62,317 nt of DNA, filler included, from Chiloscyllium plagiosum (GCF_004010195.1; 3 parts of one record of this genome joined end to end with filler, not necessarily neighbours in it); one strand, 5' to 3'; shown: positions 41,650 to 53,099, counted from the first letter of the whole stretch. The notes: generated by a model from the letters alone, not told the origin. Made by a program: numbers and translations.

Positions 41650-43419
41650 CTACCAAATTGTAATAGCCCAACTTAAGTGTCCTTAGTAAATGCCTGAAAT
41701 CAGCACTAACTTTGCTAAAATACATTCATAAAATACATCCTGCATTAGAATTCCTTTCTGAAATTGGTATCCAGGAGCGTTTATGTTTCACTTACTGTAC
41801 CTTCCTCAAAAAAGTCATGGCACCAGCACTCCAGAAGCTAGCTAAAACTATATGGCTTAAAGGGCTCCTTACTCAACTCAGGGTAAATCAATAGAAAGTC
41901 AGTTTTTGGCTACTGGGAATTTCTAAAGCCATTTCCTTTTTGGTAGGATTTCAGAGAACAAGTCAGCCATGAGGAACTTTGGCTGCAGCTGTGCTGTTTG
42001 GATGTATTAACTGCAGGCCGATGAGAGAAGATGGGATTGTTGCTGAGATCTAATGTGGAGGTGGAACACAGCCCTCTGAGGGGTGGAATAAGATGGTCGG
42101 GTTGGCCTTAAAGCAAACAGGGACAAGATGAGACATACCTCAATGTGTCAGAAGGTGTGTCCAGTCCATACTGTAGTCACCTAGCCCTGAGCTCATCCCT
42201 AAAAAACAGAGGTCACAATGGTCAGCCCACCCACCATACTTAAATAAATAAGTTCAGGGTCAGTTCAGCCATAGCACAGTTGGCATGGGTGGCGAGTTGG
42301 ATCACTTTTAAAGTTTTTAAAATTACAGCAAGGAAGGAGAGGTACTGTTTTTTGGAGGGTGTCTTATGCATATTGGAGATGCTCCCTCCCCGAGAGAGAA
42401 TAATATCACCCCTTCTTTCTGTCCTTCACAAAAACTGATCACCAACTCCCCCATCCACCCACTGCTCACTCCCCTCCCTGAGAACACCAAACTCTTCCCA
42501 TGCCCTTTATTCCCCTGGTTTGGGACCTTCACCTCAGGATTGCCTGCACTCCTGGAATTACCCACTGTGGTGCCCTGGCACTGCCAGGGCTGCTGGAGCT
42601 AACAAACAGTCAGATTAGCTAACAGCTCCAGATGGTGAATCTTCTTGCTCCTGAGGAGTAGATATACAGAATGCAATATGGCTGAGGGGCACGCTTTGTT
42701 TGAGTCTGTTGCCTGGTCACTGACTTTTCTCTGAAGTGGGCATTTTGGTGGTCAGCTGTCCATGAATCTCTGCCCTCTGTCTCAATCATCTATTCCACTT
42801 TTCCCAATTTATAAATTCAATCTTGTTTTCATATCTCTCCCTAACTTTTCTCAACCAGCTGTAATCTTGTCCAGCTTTACAACTCTCTAAAACATTGTGG
42901 TCTTCTGGCCCCTCAAGCATGTCCAATGTTAATTGCTCCACCATTGGTAGCAAAGCATTTTGCTCTGTAATTCCCTCTCCAAATATCTCTACTTCTCCAT
43001 CTCTCTTTTCTCCTTGAGAACTCTCCTATCTCTTGGACCCAGTATTTGGTCATCTGCCCAAATGTTCTCTTGTGTGGCTCAATGTCACATTTTGTCTGAT
43101 CATGCTTGAATGAAGCTCTGTAGTACATTTTATTGTTTAAGGGTGCTATGTAAATGCAAGTTGTCATTCTTGTTGCAACTTCTCAGGATTGCTAACATCC
43201 AAGTAAAACAACCATTCCTTTCTTTCTGTGTTAGTCTTTCATCAATAGCCACAGAGACCTTGCCATTCTTACTGAGACTTGGACTTCAAACTTACCACCA
43301 CAAGTGACAAATCATATGACTGAGGACTCCTTGCCAGTGCTGTTGGGAAAAGTTAGAAATGAGCAGATATACCAAGTGAAGCGAGGTGCTCTTGTGGCAC
43401 AGTGTTAGTAACCCGACAT

Positions 43420-44576
43420 AGAAACATAGACAATAGGAGCAGTTGTAGGCCATTTGGCCCTTCGAGCCAGCTCTACCGTTCAATATAATCATGGCTGATC
43501 ACCCTACTCTGGATCACCCCACCCTGTTCCTGTTTCCTCCCTATACCCTTTGATCCCTTTAGCCCTAAGACTATATCGATCTCCTTTCTTGAAAACGTTC
43601 AATGTTTTGGCCTCAGCCATTTTTTATGGCAGTGATTTCCACAGACTCACCACTCTCTGGGTGAAGACATTTCTCCTTATTTCCGTTCTAAATGGCCTAC
43701 TCTGTACATTTAGACAGTGACCCATGGTTCTGGACCCCGATCCTCAGGAACATCCTCCTATATTCACTCTGTCTAGCCATGTTACAATGTTCTAGTCAAT
43801 GCAAGGACCCCTCATTCTTCTAAACTTTAGTGAACATAGTCCTAACTGAATCAATTTCCTTTCATATGTCAATTCATATTCTCAGGAATCAGTCTGGTAA
43901 ATCTTCATTGCACTCTCTACAAGACAGAACATTCTTCATCCAAGAGGAGACCAAAACTGCACACAATGTACCGGGTGTGGTCTCACCAAGGCCCTGTACA
44001 AATTGCAGCAAGACGCCCCTGCTCCTGTACTTGAATCTTCTCACAATGAAGGCCAACACACCATTTGCCTTCTTCACCATCTACATGCTTATTTTTAGTG
44101 ACTGGTGTATAACGATACCCAGGTCTTGTTGGACCTCCCTTATCACAATTGCCTTCCTGTTTTGCTACCAAAGGGATACTTCACCTGCCATCCATTTGCC
44201 CACTCACTCAACTTGTCCAAGTTACTCTGAAGCAACTCGGCATCCTCCTCACCGTTCACTCTCCCAACCAGCTTTGGGTCATCTGCAAATTTGGAGATAT
44301 TATATTTTTTGCCCTCATTGAAATCATTAAAGTAGATTGTGAATAGTGGGGTCTGAGTACTGATCAACCATGGAAACAGACCCTTCAGTCCAAACAGTCC
44401 ACACTGAACATGTTTCCAAACTAAACTAGTCCCACCTGCCTGCTTTTGGCCCATATCCCTCCAAATCTTTCCTGTTAATGTACTTATCAAATATCTTTTA
44501 AACATTGTAACTGTACCTGCATTGATCACTTCCTCTGGCAGTTCATTCCACACAACGACCACTCTCTGTGTAAAAA
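43420..44576 (-). mobile_element. Two adjacent CR1 3' fragments
   Basis: Minus strand reads ISKFADDPKL, VKKANGVLAFI and VVVWNELPEEV; 3' UTR tail at about 43420. Confidence 0.85.
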
Positions 44577-44892
44577 AATTGTAAAAGTGATTGTCTTTAT
44601 GGAAAGAAATTTTAAGTCATTAGACATTTTCATTTCTCAATACCTGCATGTACTGCGATCTTGGAATATAGAAAATATTCTGTGATGATCCAATCTCAAT
44701 ATAGGCCACATGTTAATTATTTATCACAATATGGTTCCTCTACACTGGGGAAACATCTCTTCTGTGGGACCTTATTGAATCCCTCCTGAAAGTTTACCTC
44801 ACCTGGAGACCTGAGTTCAAGTCCTGCCCGCTCCAGAAGCCTATAATAGTACACGCACACAGGGGTTGATTAAAATTGCATGTAAAATGAAA

Positions 44893-45215
44893 TAGATTTA
44901 GATTTAGATTTAGATTACATTACAGTGTGGAAACAGGCCCTTCGGCCCAACAAGTCCACACCGACCCGCCGAAGCGAAATCTACCCATACCCCTACATTT
45001 ACCCCTTACCTAACATTACAGGCAATTTAGCATGGCCAATTCACCTGACCCTGCACATCTTTGGACTGTGGGAGGAAACCGGAGCACCCAGAGGAAACCC
45101 ACGCAGACACGGGGAGAACGTGCAAACTCCACACAGTCAGTCGCCTGAGGCGGGAATTGAACCCGGGTCTCTGGTGCTGTGAGGCAGCAGTGCTAACCAC
45201 TGTGCCACCGTGCCG
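44893..45215 (-). mobile_element. HE1-type V-SINE, young
   Basis: Near-consensus full-length copy with (ctaaat)n tail. Confidence 0.9.
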
Positions 45216-46199
45216 CCAGCAAATGCAAATGCAAATGCAAATAGTTGCATTTACAGGCATAATTTTATTAGGTTTTGGAGATCCAGAATTTAAACTGCTA
45301 TTTTAGCTGAAGATAATCTGTTCAGGCAAAGAAAATGTTGACTGGGCTGTTGTAAGAAATGTGTCGCCAGAGAACAGAACCTGTGGGTCAATGAGACAAA
45401 CAAACACAACCTGAATCTCCAGGATCATCCTCAGATATGTAGAATTAAACCCATTGTGCCTATACCAATTCTTTGAAGGAGCTGTCAAATTAGTCTCATC
45501 GTCCTTGTTCATTGCTCATAGCCCTGCAAATGTTTTCAATCCAATGACTTACTCAAGTTTCTTCTCAAAGTTACCATTACATCTGCTTCCATCTATGTTT
45601 TAGTCAACACATTCCTGATTGTGACAACTCACTGGGTAAGAAAACCTGATTCTGTGTTCATTGGTTATCAACCTTCCTGCTGGCAAAAAGATATTCTCCA
45701 GATAATGCTAGTTTATTTGTTTCTCTCCTCTCAATGCTTTTTGATCTGCTGAGCCTTTCCAGTACCTTTCAGTTTTAGATTCCCAGCATCAGCAGTATTT
45801 TGCTCCTCCCTGATCTACAAAAAAAAACTCCTAAATTTGAACATCTTCATTAAATCACGCCTTCACCTTCCCAGGTATAATGGGAATAACCTCGGCTTCT
45901 CCCTTCTCTGAACAGAACTGAAGTCCCTCCCCCCTGGTGACGTTCTTGCTCATCCTGATTGGCAGCCTTCCTAAGATGTGGCCTCCAAATGTTCAACTGG
46001 GAGACAGCCACGCTCCAACTGGGAGACAGCAATCGTAACAAAATACATTGCTCGGGAACATGATACTAACTGTAGTAGGTTTCAGAGACTCCAATGCTTA
46101 TTCTGGGCCTGTGGAGTATACTCTTTACTTTTGAGACCAAGCTTAGCTCAGCTCGCCCTAGCATCTCTTTTGTCTGATAATTGCTCTTATGAAACACCT

Positions 46200-46405
46200 C
46201 AGGTTGCTGTGGTTCTGTTCGCCGAGCTGGAAGTTTTTGTTGCAAACGTTTCGTCCCCTGTCTAGGTGACATCCTCAGTGCTTGGGAGCCTCTTGTGAAG
46301 CGCTTCTGTGGTGTTTCCTCTGGCATTTATAGTGGTCTGTCCCTGCCGCTTCCGGTTGTCAGTTTCAGCTGTCCGCTGTAGTGGCCGGTATATTGGATCC
46401 AGGTC
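46200..46405 (-). mobile_element. Penelope-like element 3' end/pseudo-LTR, truncated by the gap
   Basis: Minus strand encodes DLDPIYRPLQRTA (cf. ELDPIYHPLRNR at about 26000), followed by a tail with an HHR. Confidence 0.8.
46242..46281 (-). ncRNA. Minimal type I hammerhead ribozyme in a Penelope tail
   Basis: GCA-CTGAGGA-T-GTCACCT-AGAC-AGGGGAC-GAAA-CG-TT-TGC: intact CUGANGA and GAAA core, 7-bp stem II with one mismatch, 3-bp stem I, palindromic AACGTT stem III. Confidence 0.7.
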
Positions 46406-46505
46406 NNNNNNNNNNNNNNNNNNNNNNNNNNNNNNNNNNNNNNNNNNNNTTAATTAATTAANNNNNNNNNNNNNNNNNNNNNNNNNNNNNNNNNNNNNNN
46501 NNNNN
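46406..46505. other. Artificial contig spacer N44-TTAATTAATTAA-N44
   Basis: Identical to 15140-15239. Confidence 0.97.
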
Positions 46506-46620
46506 CTTATGCCCGAAACGTCGATTCTCCTGTTCCTTGGATGCTGCCTGACCTGCTGTGCTTTTCCAGCAATACATTTTCAGCTCTGATCTCCGGCATC
46601 TGCAGTCCTCACTTTCTCCT
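46506..46620 (+). mobile_element. Right arm of an HHR-bearing short element, truncated by the gap
   Basis: cttatgcccGAAACGTCgattctcc..gatgctgcctgacctgctgtgcttttccagc..catctgcagtcctcactttc; same family as the 18963 and 52734 elements. Confidence 0.75.
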
Positions 46621-47385
46621 CTGTCTTCAAGGACCCAATTTTAGTCTTAACCATTTTTTTTCCCTTTCACATACCTAAAAAAGCTTTTACTATCTTCCTT
46701 TATATTTGTGGCCAGTTTACCTTCATACCTCATTTTTTCTCTGCGTATTTCCTTCTTAGTTATCCTCTATTGTTCTTTAAAAGCTTCCCCGTCCTCCGTT
46801 TTCCCACTCATCTTTGCTATGTTATACTTTTTCTCTTTTGACTTTATATGTTTCTTAATTTCCCTCGTCAGCCACAGCCACCCATGCCTCCTCATAGGTT
46901 CTTTCTTCCTTTTTGGAATGAACTGATCCTGCAACTTCTGCATTATACACAGAAATATCCGCCATTGTTCCTCCACTGTCATCCCTGCTAAGGTATTGCA
47001 CCATTGAACTTTGGCCAGCTCCTCCCTCATAGCTCCATAGTTTCCTTTATTCAACTGAAATATTGTCGCTACCGATTGTACCCTCTCCCTTTCAAATTGC
47101 AGATGGTCACTACCTCCTAATGGCTCCTTCACTTCCAGGTCCCTGATCAATTCTGGTTCGTTGCACAATACCAGATCCAGAATTGCCTTCTCCCTGGTAG
47201 GCTCCAGCACCAGCTGCTCTAAGAATCCATCTCGGAGGCACTCCACAAACTCCCTTTCTTGGGGTCCCGTACCATCCTGATTCTCCCAGACTACCTGCAT
47301 GTTGAAATCCCCCATAACAACTGTAGTAACATCTTTACGACAGGCCAATTTCAGCTCTTTATTCAACCTACTCCCTACATCCATA
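46621..47385 (-). mobile_element. CR1 ORF2 AP-endonuclease fragment
   Basis: VVMGDFNMQV..FLEQLVLEPTREKAILDLVLCNEP..LGGSDH. Confidence 0.9.
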
Positions 47386-47429
47386 ATATGGATGAATAAT
47401 ATTTGTACTTTTAATGAGCACAGCATTAA

Positions 47430-49165
47430 AAAGATCAGGAGTCTGCAAAGGGATAGAGATCATTCAACTGAATGAGCAATAATTTGATAGATGGAACGAA
47501 TTGTGGGAAATATATATACTTGTTCACTTTGGCAGGGAGGATAAAAACAAGTGAAAAAAATACTTAAATGGTGAGAGATTGCAGAATTCTGTGGAACAGA
47601 GGGATTGGAGCGTTATAGTATATGTTATGGACTAGGCCAGATCCCCTCAAAGTATTTCAAGAAGGTAGCCTGGACCATAACTTGTTCTTATTTTAAAGCG
47701 GGTGTGTTGTGGATATATCAGGTGTGACGCAGCTGGTCAAACCACTCAGCTTTAAGAAAAACTGATTGCCACCGTTGGGCGACTGTCTGTCTGGAGTTTG
47801 CACATTCTGTTTCGCTGTGTCTGCATAGGTTTCCTCTGGGTGCTCTGGTTTCCTTGCACAGTCCAAAGATGTGTGAGTTAGGTGAATCAGCCATGCTAAA
47901 TTACCTATAGTGTTCAGGGATGTGTAGGCTATGTGCATTAGTCAAGGGAAATATAAAGTAATAGGGTAGGGGAATGGGTTGGGTGGGATACTCTTTGGAG
48001 GGTTGGTGTGGACTTGTTGGGCCAAATGGCCTGTCTCCACACTGTAGGGATTCTATGAAAACTGAATTTATTTAAACACTACAGTTGAAACACGAACAAA
48101 AGTAAACAGAATTTAAAATAACTATTTGAAAACTTAACCGACTCGATACCGCAATATAACTATGGAGCTGTTCCAATTCCCGCAACATCCCATAAACACA
48201 CCCCTTGGCAAAAGGTAGACTCAAACACAGGTTCGTACAGGCAGGAGAGATTTCAGAGAGAAAAATCAGACAAGAATCATCTGCTGAAGCATGGTACCTT
48301 TTCCCACTGCAGCTTCTGTCCCTGTTACCAGCAGTTTCTCTGTTACAACTAAACCAAACTAAAAATAACCTGAACTGGGAGAACTAGCCGCTCCCCTGCC
48401 ATTGTTAAACTAGGCTCTTTGCGGGACATTTCGGCACCTCGGCCTTTATGATCTCTCTTTCTAAAAAAAAACACCCAGGGACAAAATAACCTTGTTAAAG
48501 TGACAGCGTTGCCACAATGTGAATCACAGTTAGACTGCTGGTTTAGCAAATGATTAGGAAGACAAATATAATGATGTAATTTATTGCAAGGGGAAAAAAG
48601 ATTAAAAGCCAATAAGTTTTGCTATGTTTGTACAGTACATTGGTGAAACTGCACCCAGTGTAATATGTACAATTCTAATCATCTTTTAAAGAAGATATAA
48701 TTATGCTAGAAACCATTCAGAGAATGTGCACCCAACTGAGTTCTGTGAGACAAGGGTCACCTTATGAGGATGTTTAGAGGAATGAGTGGTGATCATTATT
48801 GATAAACATCAGATCCTGAGGGGACTTGACAAGATGATGCTGAGAGGATCTTTCCTCTTGTGGGAGAAACTAAATCTAGGGGACACAGTTTAAAAACCAG
48901 GGATCTCCCATTGAATATGGAGATGAGGGGAAAGTAATTTCTCACAGAGGGTTGTTAGGCTCTAGAATCCTCTTCCCCAGAAAGCAGCGGAAACTAGGTC
49001 ATTGAGTATTTTTGAGGCTGAATTAGATAGTTTCTTGTTGCACAAGCAACTTCAAAGTTACAAATGAGGGAAAAGAAGAAAGCAGAGTTGAGATCATGAT
49101 CAGATCAGCTATGATCTTATAAAATGGCAGAGTGTGAATAACCTACAACTGCTTCTAATTTGTAT
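47430..49165 (+). mobile_element. Old CR1 3' fragment interrupted by an LTR-like insert (47623-48516)
   Basis: CR1 RT-end sequence stops at 47622 and resumes at 48517, continuing to the 3' UTR. Confidence 0.7.
47623..48516. mobile_element. Probable solo LTR (TGTT..CACA), itself interrupted by an HE1 SINE (47766-48057)
   Basis: TG..CA termini at the CR1 breakpoints (no clean TSD); SINE flanked by AAAACTGA direct repeats. Confidence 0.55.
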
Positions 49166-49237
49166 CTGTTTATTATGAAAAAACTTCAGTATATGATTTG
49201 TGGTTCAACATCAATTGGTTGTTCTGACCCGTCCTAG

Positions 49238-49335
49238 GTATCACATTAATGGGTGACAGGAATCGGGTGAGGAGGAATCTGGTGGCTCTCACCTTGCGGT
49301 CTTCACTTTCCGATGCTTGGGCTGCAGCAATTGAG
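49238..49335 (+). CDS. PKHD1L1: Fibrocystin-L (PKHD1L1-like) internal coding exon, (G)ITLMGDRNRVRRNLVALTLRSSLSDAWAAAIE
   Basis: gtcctag acceptor and GAG|gtcaaa donor; 98 nt (phase 1 to 0). Translation resembles recalled human PKHD1L1 GIRIWGNANRVRGNLIAL...WHAAIE and joins the next exon in frame. Confidence 0.85.
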
Positions 49336-50514
49336 GTCAAATCCATTGTATTTAATAAAAGACGGTGAAGCATATTTAACCAAATTGTTATTTTGACAGT
49401 GGGAAATTCAATTTGATTTTGCCCCAAAGTGAGTCATTACTTGCCATCATCAAATCCACTGGGGTGCCATCACAATGCCAGCGCATGAAAACCAAGTATA
49501 CTCTTGGATGGACGCTGTAAGAAACGTACATCACAATCAATTAACTGATTCTTCATGGTGCAGGCCAAGTATATTATTCAACTGCTCAGATATCAATAAC
49601 AAAGTAGCTGTTATAAATGGAATCCCGCAATCTAGTTTCCAACTGACCAATGGTCATCTTCTGGACATTCTGACTGTTTGTTATGCTACATGATGGTCAG
49701 AACTTGTTCCCATATGTTCCTCTTTACCAAGTATCACTTGTCCAAAATGCTGTGCAGGTATCCTCAGACAACCTTCCTTTTTAATGTGAATCATATCACT
49801 TGGTGCAGAGAAAATATATCAAAATGAGGTTCTTTCTCACAAAATTGCTAGACTGCTGACATAACAGCCTTCAAGATATTTGAACAATTTAATTTGATAT
49901 TTTCTTCTTAATATTAGAAAATAAGCCCTTACAACATATCAAGTGGTTAACATGATCCTGCTGCTAACATTTTTACTAGTTTTTCTGCCTCCCTTGTTCT
50001 GGTCAGTCTAATATTTTACACCTTAACTGGGACATTGCTGACTTACCTGCATTTTCATGCTTCTCCCTATTCACCCGACTTATCTCCTATTTCATCAAAT
50101 CCCCATTGGATAATGATCCCAAGTTATAGTTACTCTGATGGAAAACTTAACTCAAAGCAGATTCAAACAGGCATGTTAGTGAATGGAATGATTGTGCACC
50201 AAGGTTTCCACAGAAACATTACTTGCGAAACCCAAGGTGGAAAGTTTTCTTTCCCTTCCTATTCATATATCCTCTTTGTAACAATGTATTACAGTGATGG
50301 GTTCAGTCTGGGCAGCAATGAGAACTTGTCCAGATCGACATTTTCAAAATATCAGTCAAGGATGTTAATTGTTCCGTTCTGCACTCTAACCCAGACTCTA
50401 TGCCCTGTGCCCTGCCTATACTATGACCCACGCACCCCAATCCTGACCCGACAACCGTTTATTCTATCATCATAATTCATTTGAATATTTAGAACTTTTA
50501 AGAAGCATCAAGAA

Positions 50515-50950
50515 AGAAACACTTGCATGAATATAGCACATTTTCATGATCAACAATTGCCTTAAAGTCCCTTACAGCCAATAATGTTCTTTTTGAAGTA
50601 TTGTCAGTGTTGAAATATTTGAAACCCAACACCAATCTATTCACAGCAATGTGAGAATAAGGAGGTTATTTTTTTTGGACTGTCGATTGAGGGATACATA
50701 TTGTCCAGAATGCTAGGGAGAGCTTTCCTTGTCCTCATCAAAGTGGGGTGATGTGATCTTCTACAGCCACCTACGTAAGCTGATTGGGCATTGGTTTAAA
50801 GTCTCATCTTAATAACAGCACCTGTAAGAGGGAAGCACTCCCTTAATACAGTGTAACCTTTGAGTTTTGTAATCAAACTCTGGAGCGGAATCTAAATTCA
50901 GACTTTTGTGACTCAAGAGGCATGAGTGCTATTCACGGAACCATAGCTGA
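50515..50950 (-). mobile_element. DeuSINE-like SINE in a PKHD1L1 intron
   Basis: Reverse complement of the 17920 family (acttgcatgaatatagcac..ggtttaaagtctcatc..gactcaagaggc). Confidence 0.6.
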
Positions 50951-51305
50951 GACTCAGGCTCAGAATTTCATTCTTGCGGCAGGAAGCCTGGGTCGAAAAG
51001 TTTCCCAACACACCAGTCCTGCCTCAGGAGAAACTTCTCTGAACTAACTAACTAACTCACCTATCATTTTTAAAGGTTTGCAGAGTCTCCCCGGTTCCTT
51101 GAAAATCTGGTCCTCAGGAGCAGACACTGGGGCAAATGGGTGTACAATGTAACAAATTTTTACTCTTGACATTAATTGGACTGAAAGGCCTGTGTGTTTG
51201 TTGTGAATTCTTTGTAGGCATTTGCATTCTACATTGCTCAGGAAAAAAAACAACTCTCGATTGTTTGCTGTGAAGTTTATAATTGGATTTTATTTATATT
51301 TAAAG

Positions 51306-51396
51306 ATAATTGAAGGCTCTGATATTGTGCTTCAAGGGAACATTGTTGCAGGATTTAAGAAAGCTGGTTATCGAATCAATGGGGAACCATGTCCAA
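51306..51396 (+). CDS. PKHD1L1: Fibrocystin-L (PKHD1L1-like) coding exon, IIEGSDIVLQGNIVAGFKKAGYRINGEPCP
   Basis: tatttaaag acceptor and A|gtaagt donor; 91 nt (phase 0 to 1). Matches recalled PKHD1L1 INRGTNTVLQNNVVAGFGRAGYRIDGEPCP. Confidence 0.92.
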
Positions 51397-51494
51397 GTAA
51401 GTCTCAACCTCAAAGACACTTGCATTCACTTTGTGTCTACCACTTGTGTGTCATTGACATTGTTCCATTTGACCCAGGTAAACAGCGTTGTGTC

Positions 51495-52278
51495 ATAGAA
51501 CAAAAAAAAAGAGTAGAGCACAGGAACAGGCCCTTCGGCCCTCCAAGCCTGTGCCAATCATGCCCTTATTAAGGTAAAAAACAAACCTCTGCCCTTACTT
51601 GATCCATATCCCTCTATTCCCTCCCTATTCATGTCACCATCCGGATGCCTTTTAAATGTCACCAATGTAGCTGCATCCGCCACCTCTTCTGGCAGTGCAT
51701 TCTCGGCTCCTACCACTCTCTGTGTGAAAAACTTCCCTTAAACTTTCCCCCTTTCCCGCCTTGAACCTGTGCCCTCTTGTAATTGATTCTTCAACCATGG
51801 GAAAAAGCTTCTGACTATCCATTCTGTCCACGCACTTGTAATTTTGTAGACCCCTCTCAGGTCCCATCACAGCCACTGTCTTACCAGTGAAAACAATCCT
51901 AGTCTTTTTAACCTTTACTCATGGCCAATGCCCTCGAGACCAGGAAACATCCTAGTGGCCTTGTCTGCACTCTGTCCATAGCTACCACATCCTTCTGGCA
52001 GTGTGGTGAACAAAACTGCGCACAATACTCCAAATGCAGTCTAACAAGGGTTTTATATAGTCAGTATAGTTTGCCAACTCTAGTATTCCATGCCTGGCTG
52101 ACGAAGACAAGCATGTCATATGTCTTCTTAATCACTTTTGCCACCTGTGTTGCCACTTTTAGGGAACTGTGTTCTTGCACACCCTGATCCATCTGTATGT
52201 CAATGTTCCTAAGGGTTCTGCCATTTACAGTATAATTTATACCTACATTTGATCCTCCATAATGCATCATCATGCATT
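51495..52278 (-). mobile_element. CR1 LINE 3' fragment
   Basis: MEFNPAKCMMMHYG..SSLKVATQVAKVIKK; ITRGHRFK; 3' UTR. Confidence 0.85.
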
Positions 52279-52531
52279 TGGCTGGATTAAACTCCATGTA
52301 TATGGGTCTGATGTGCAAGCTAGAAGGTGGGAGTTCAAATCTTGGAGACAGTGTAGACTCACCAGAAAGATCCTAAAGTTTAAGAGTTGCGTTACAATAC
52401 CGCGCATGCATGGACACTGGCATCTGATATGTGGTAACCCCTAAGAACCCTCATGGCACATCTCCAATTCATTTACACGAAACTTTCGCACTTCAATGCT
52501 GCACCTTGGGCTGCACAATGGCAATTCTCAT

Positions 52532-52611
52532 TGTAATGCTGCAGCAAGGACACTGTAATGTAATGCTGCAGCAAGGACACTGTGATGTAATGCTGCAGCA
52601 AGGACACTGTA
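52532..52611. repeat. 27-bp tandem repeat x 3
   Basis: tgtaatgctgcagcaaggacactgt(a/g)a. Confidence 0.92.
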
Positions 52612-52733
52612 CTCTCAGGGACATGCACCCACCTTCTGGACTGGATCAGATTGCATGGTTTGGCACTTCACCCGCTGTAATAGCACACATGCTGAGCCTC
52701 CCTGGATGCTTGCAGTAGCCCTGATTTGCATTG

Positions 52734-52942
52734 AGGTCGAGAGTGTGGTGCTGGAAAAGCACAGCAGGTCAGGCAGCATCCGAGGAGCAGGGGAATCAAC
52801 ATTTCGGGCATAAGCCCTTTATCAGATTTATGCCCGAATAGTTGATTCTTCTGCTGCTTGGATGCCGCCTGACCTGCTGTGCTTTTCCAACACCACACTC
52901 TCAACTCTGATCTCCAACATCTGCAGTCCTTACCTTCTCTGA
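52734..52942. mobile_element. Fold-back HHR-bearing short element with 14-bp TSD
   Basis: Inverted arms; minus-strand CTGATAA-AGGGC-TTAT-GCCC-GAAA; TSD CCTGATTTGCATTG at 52720-52733 and 52943-52956. Confidence 0.85.
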
Positions 52943-53099
52943 CCTGATTTGCATTGGGCTGATCATTGCACACTTTTCCCCTGCAGCCAGAGATACCAGG
53001 CTCATCTTACTTCTACCTTGCTTTGCCATTTAGCAGAGATGCAAAAGCAGGAAACTTGTCATGGTTATCAGTAGGTCTCAGTTATGTCCAGGGGGATAG

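Noticed and set aside
50035..50475. 146-aa ORF in a PKHD1L1 intron
   Set aside because: No recognisable domain or splice support; non-ATG start; treated as a chance ORF.
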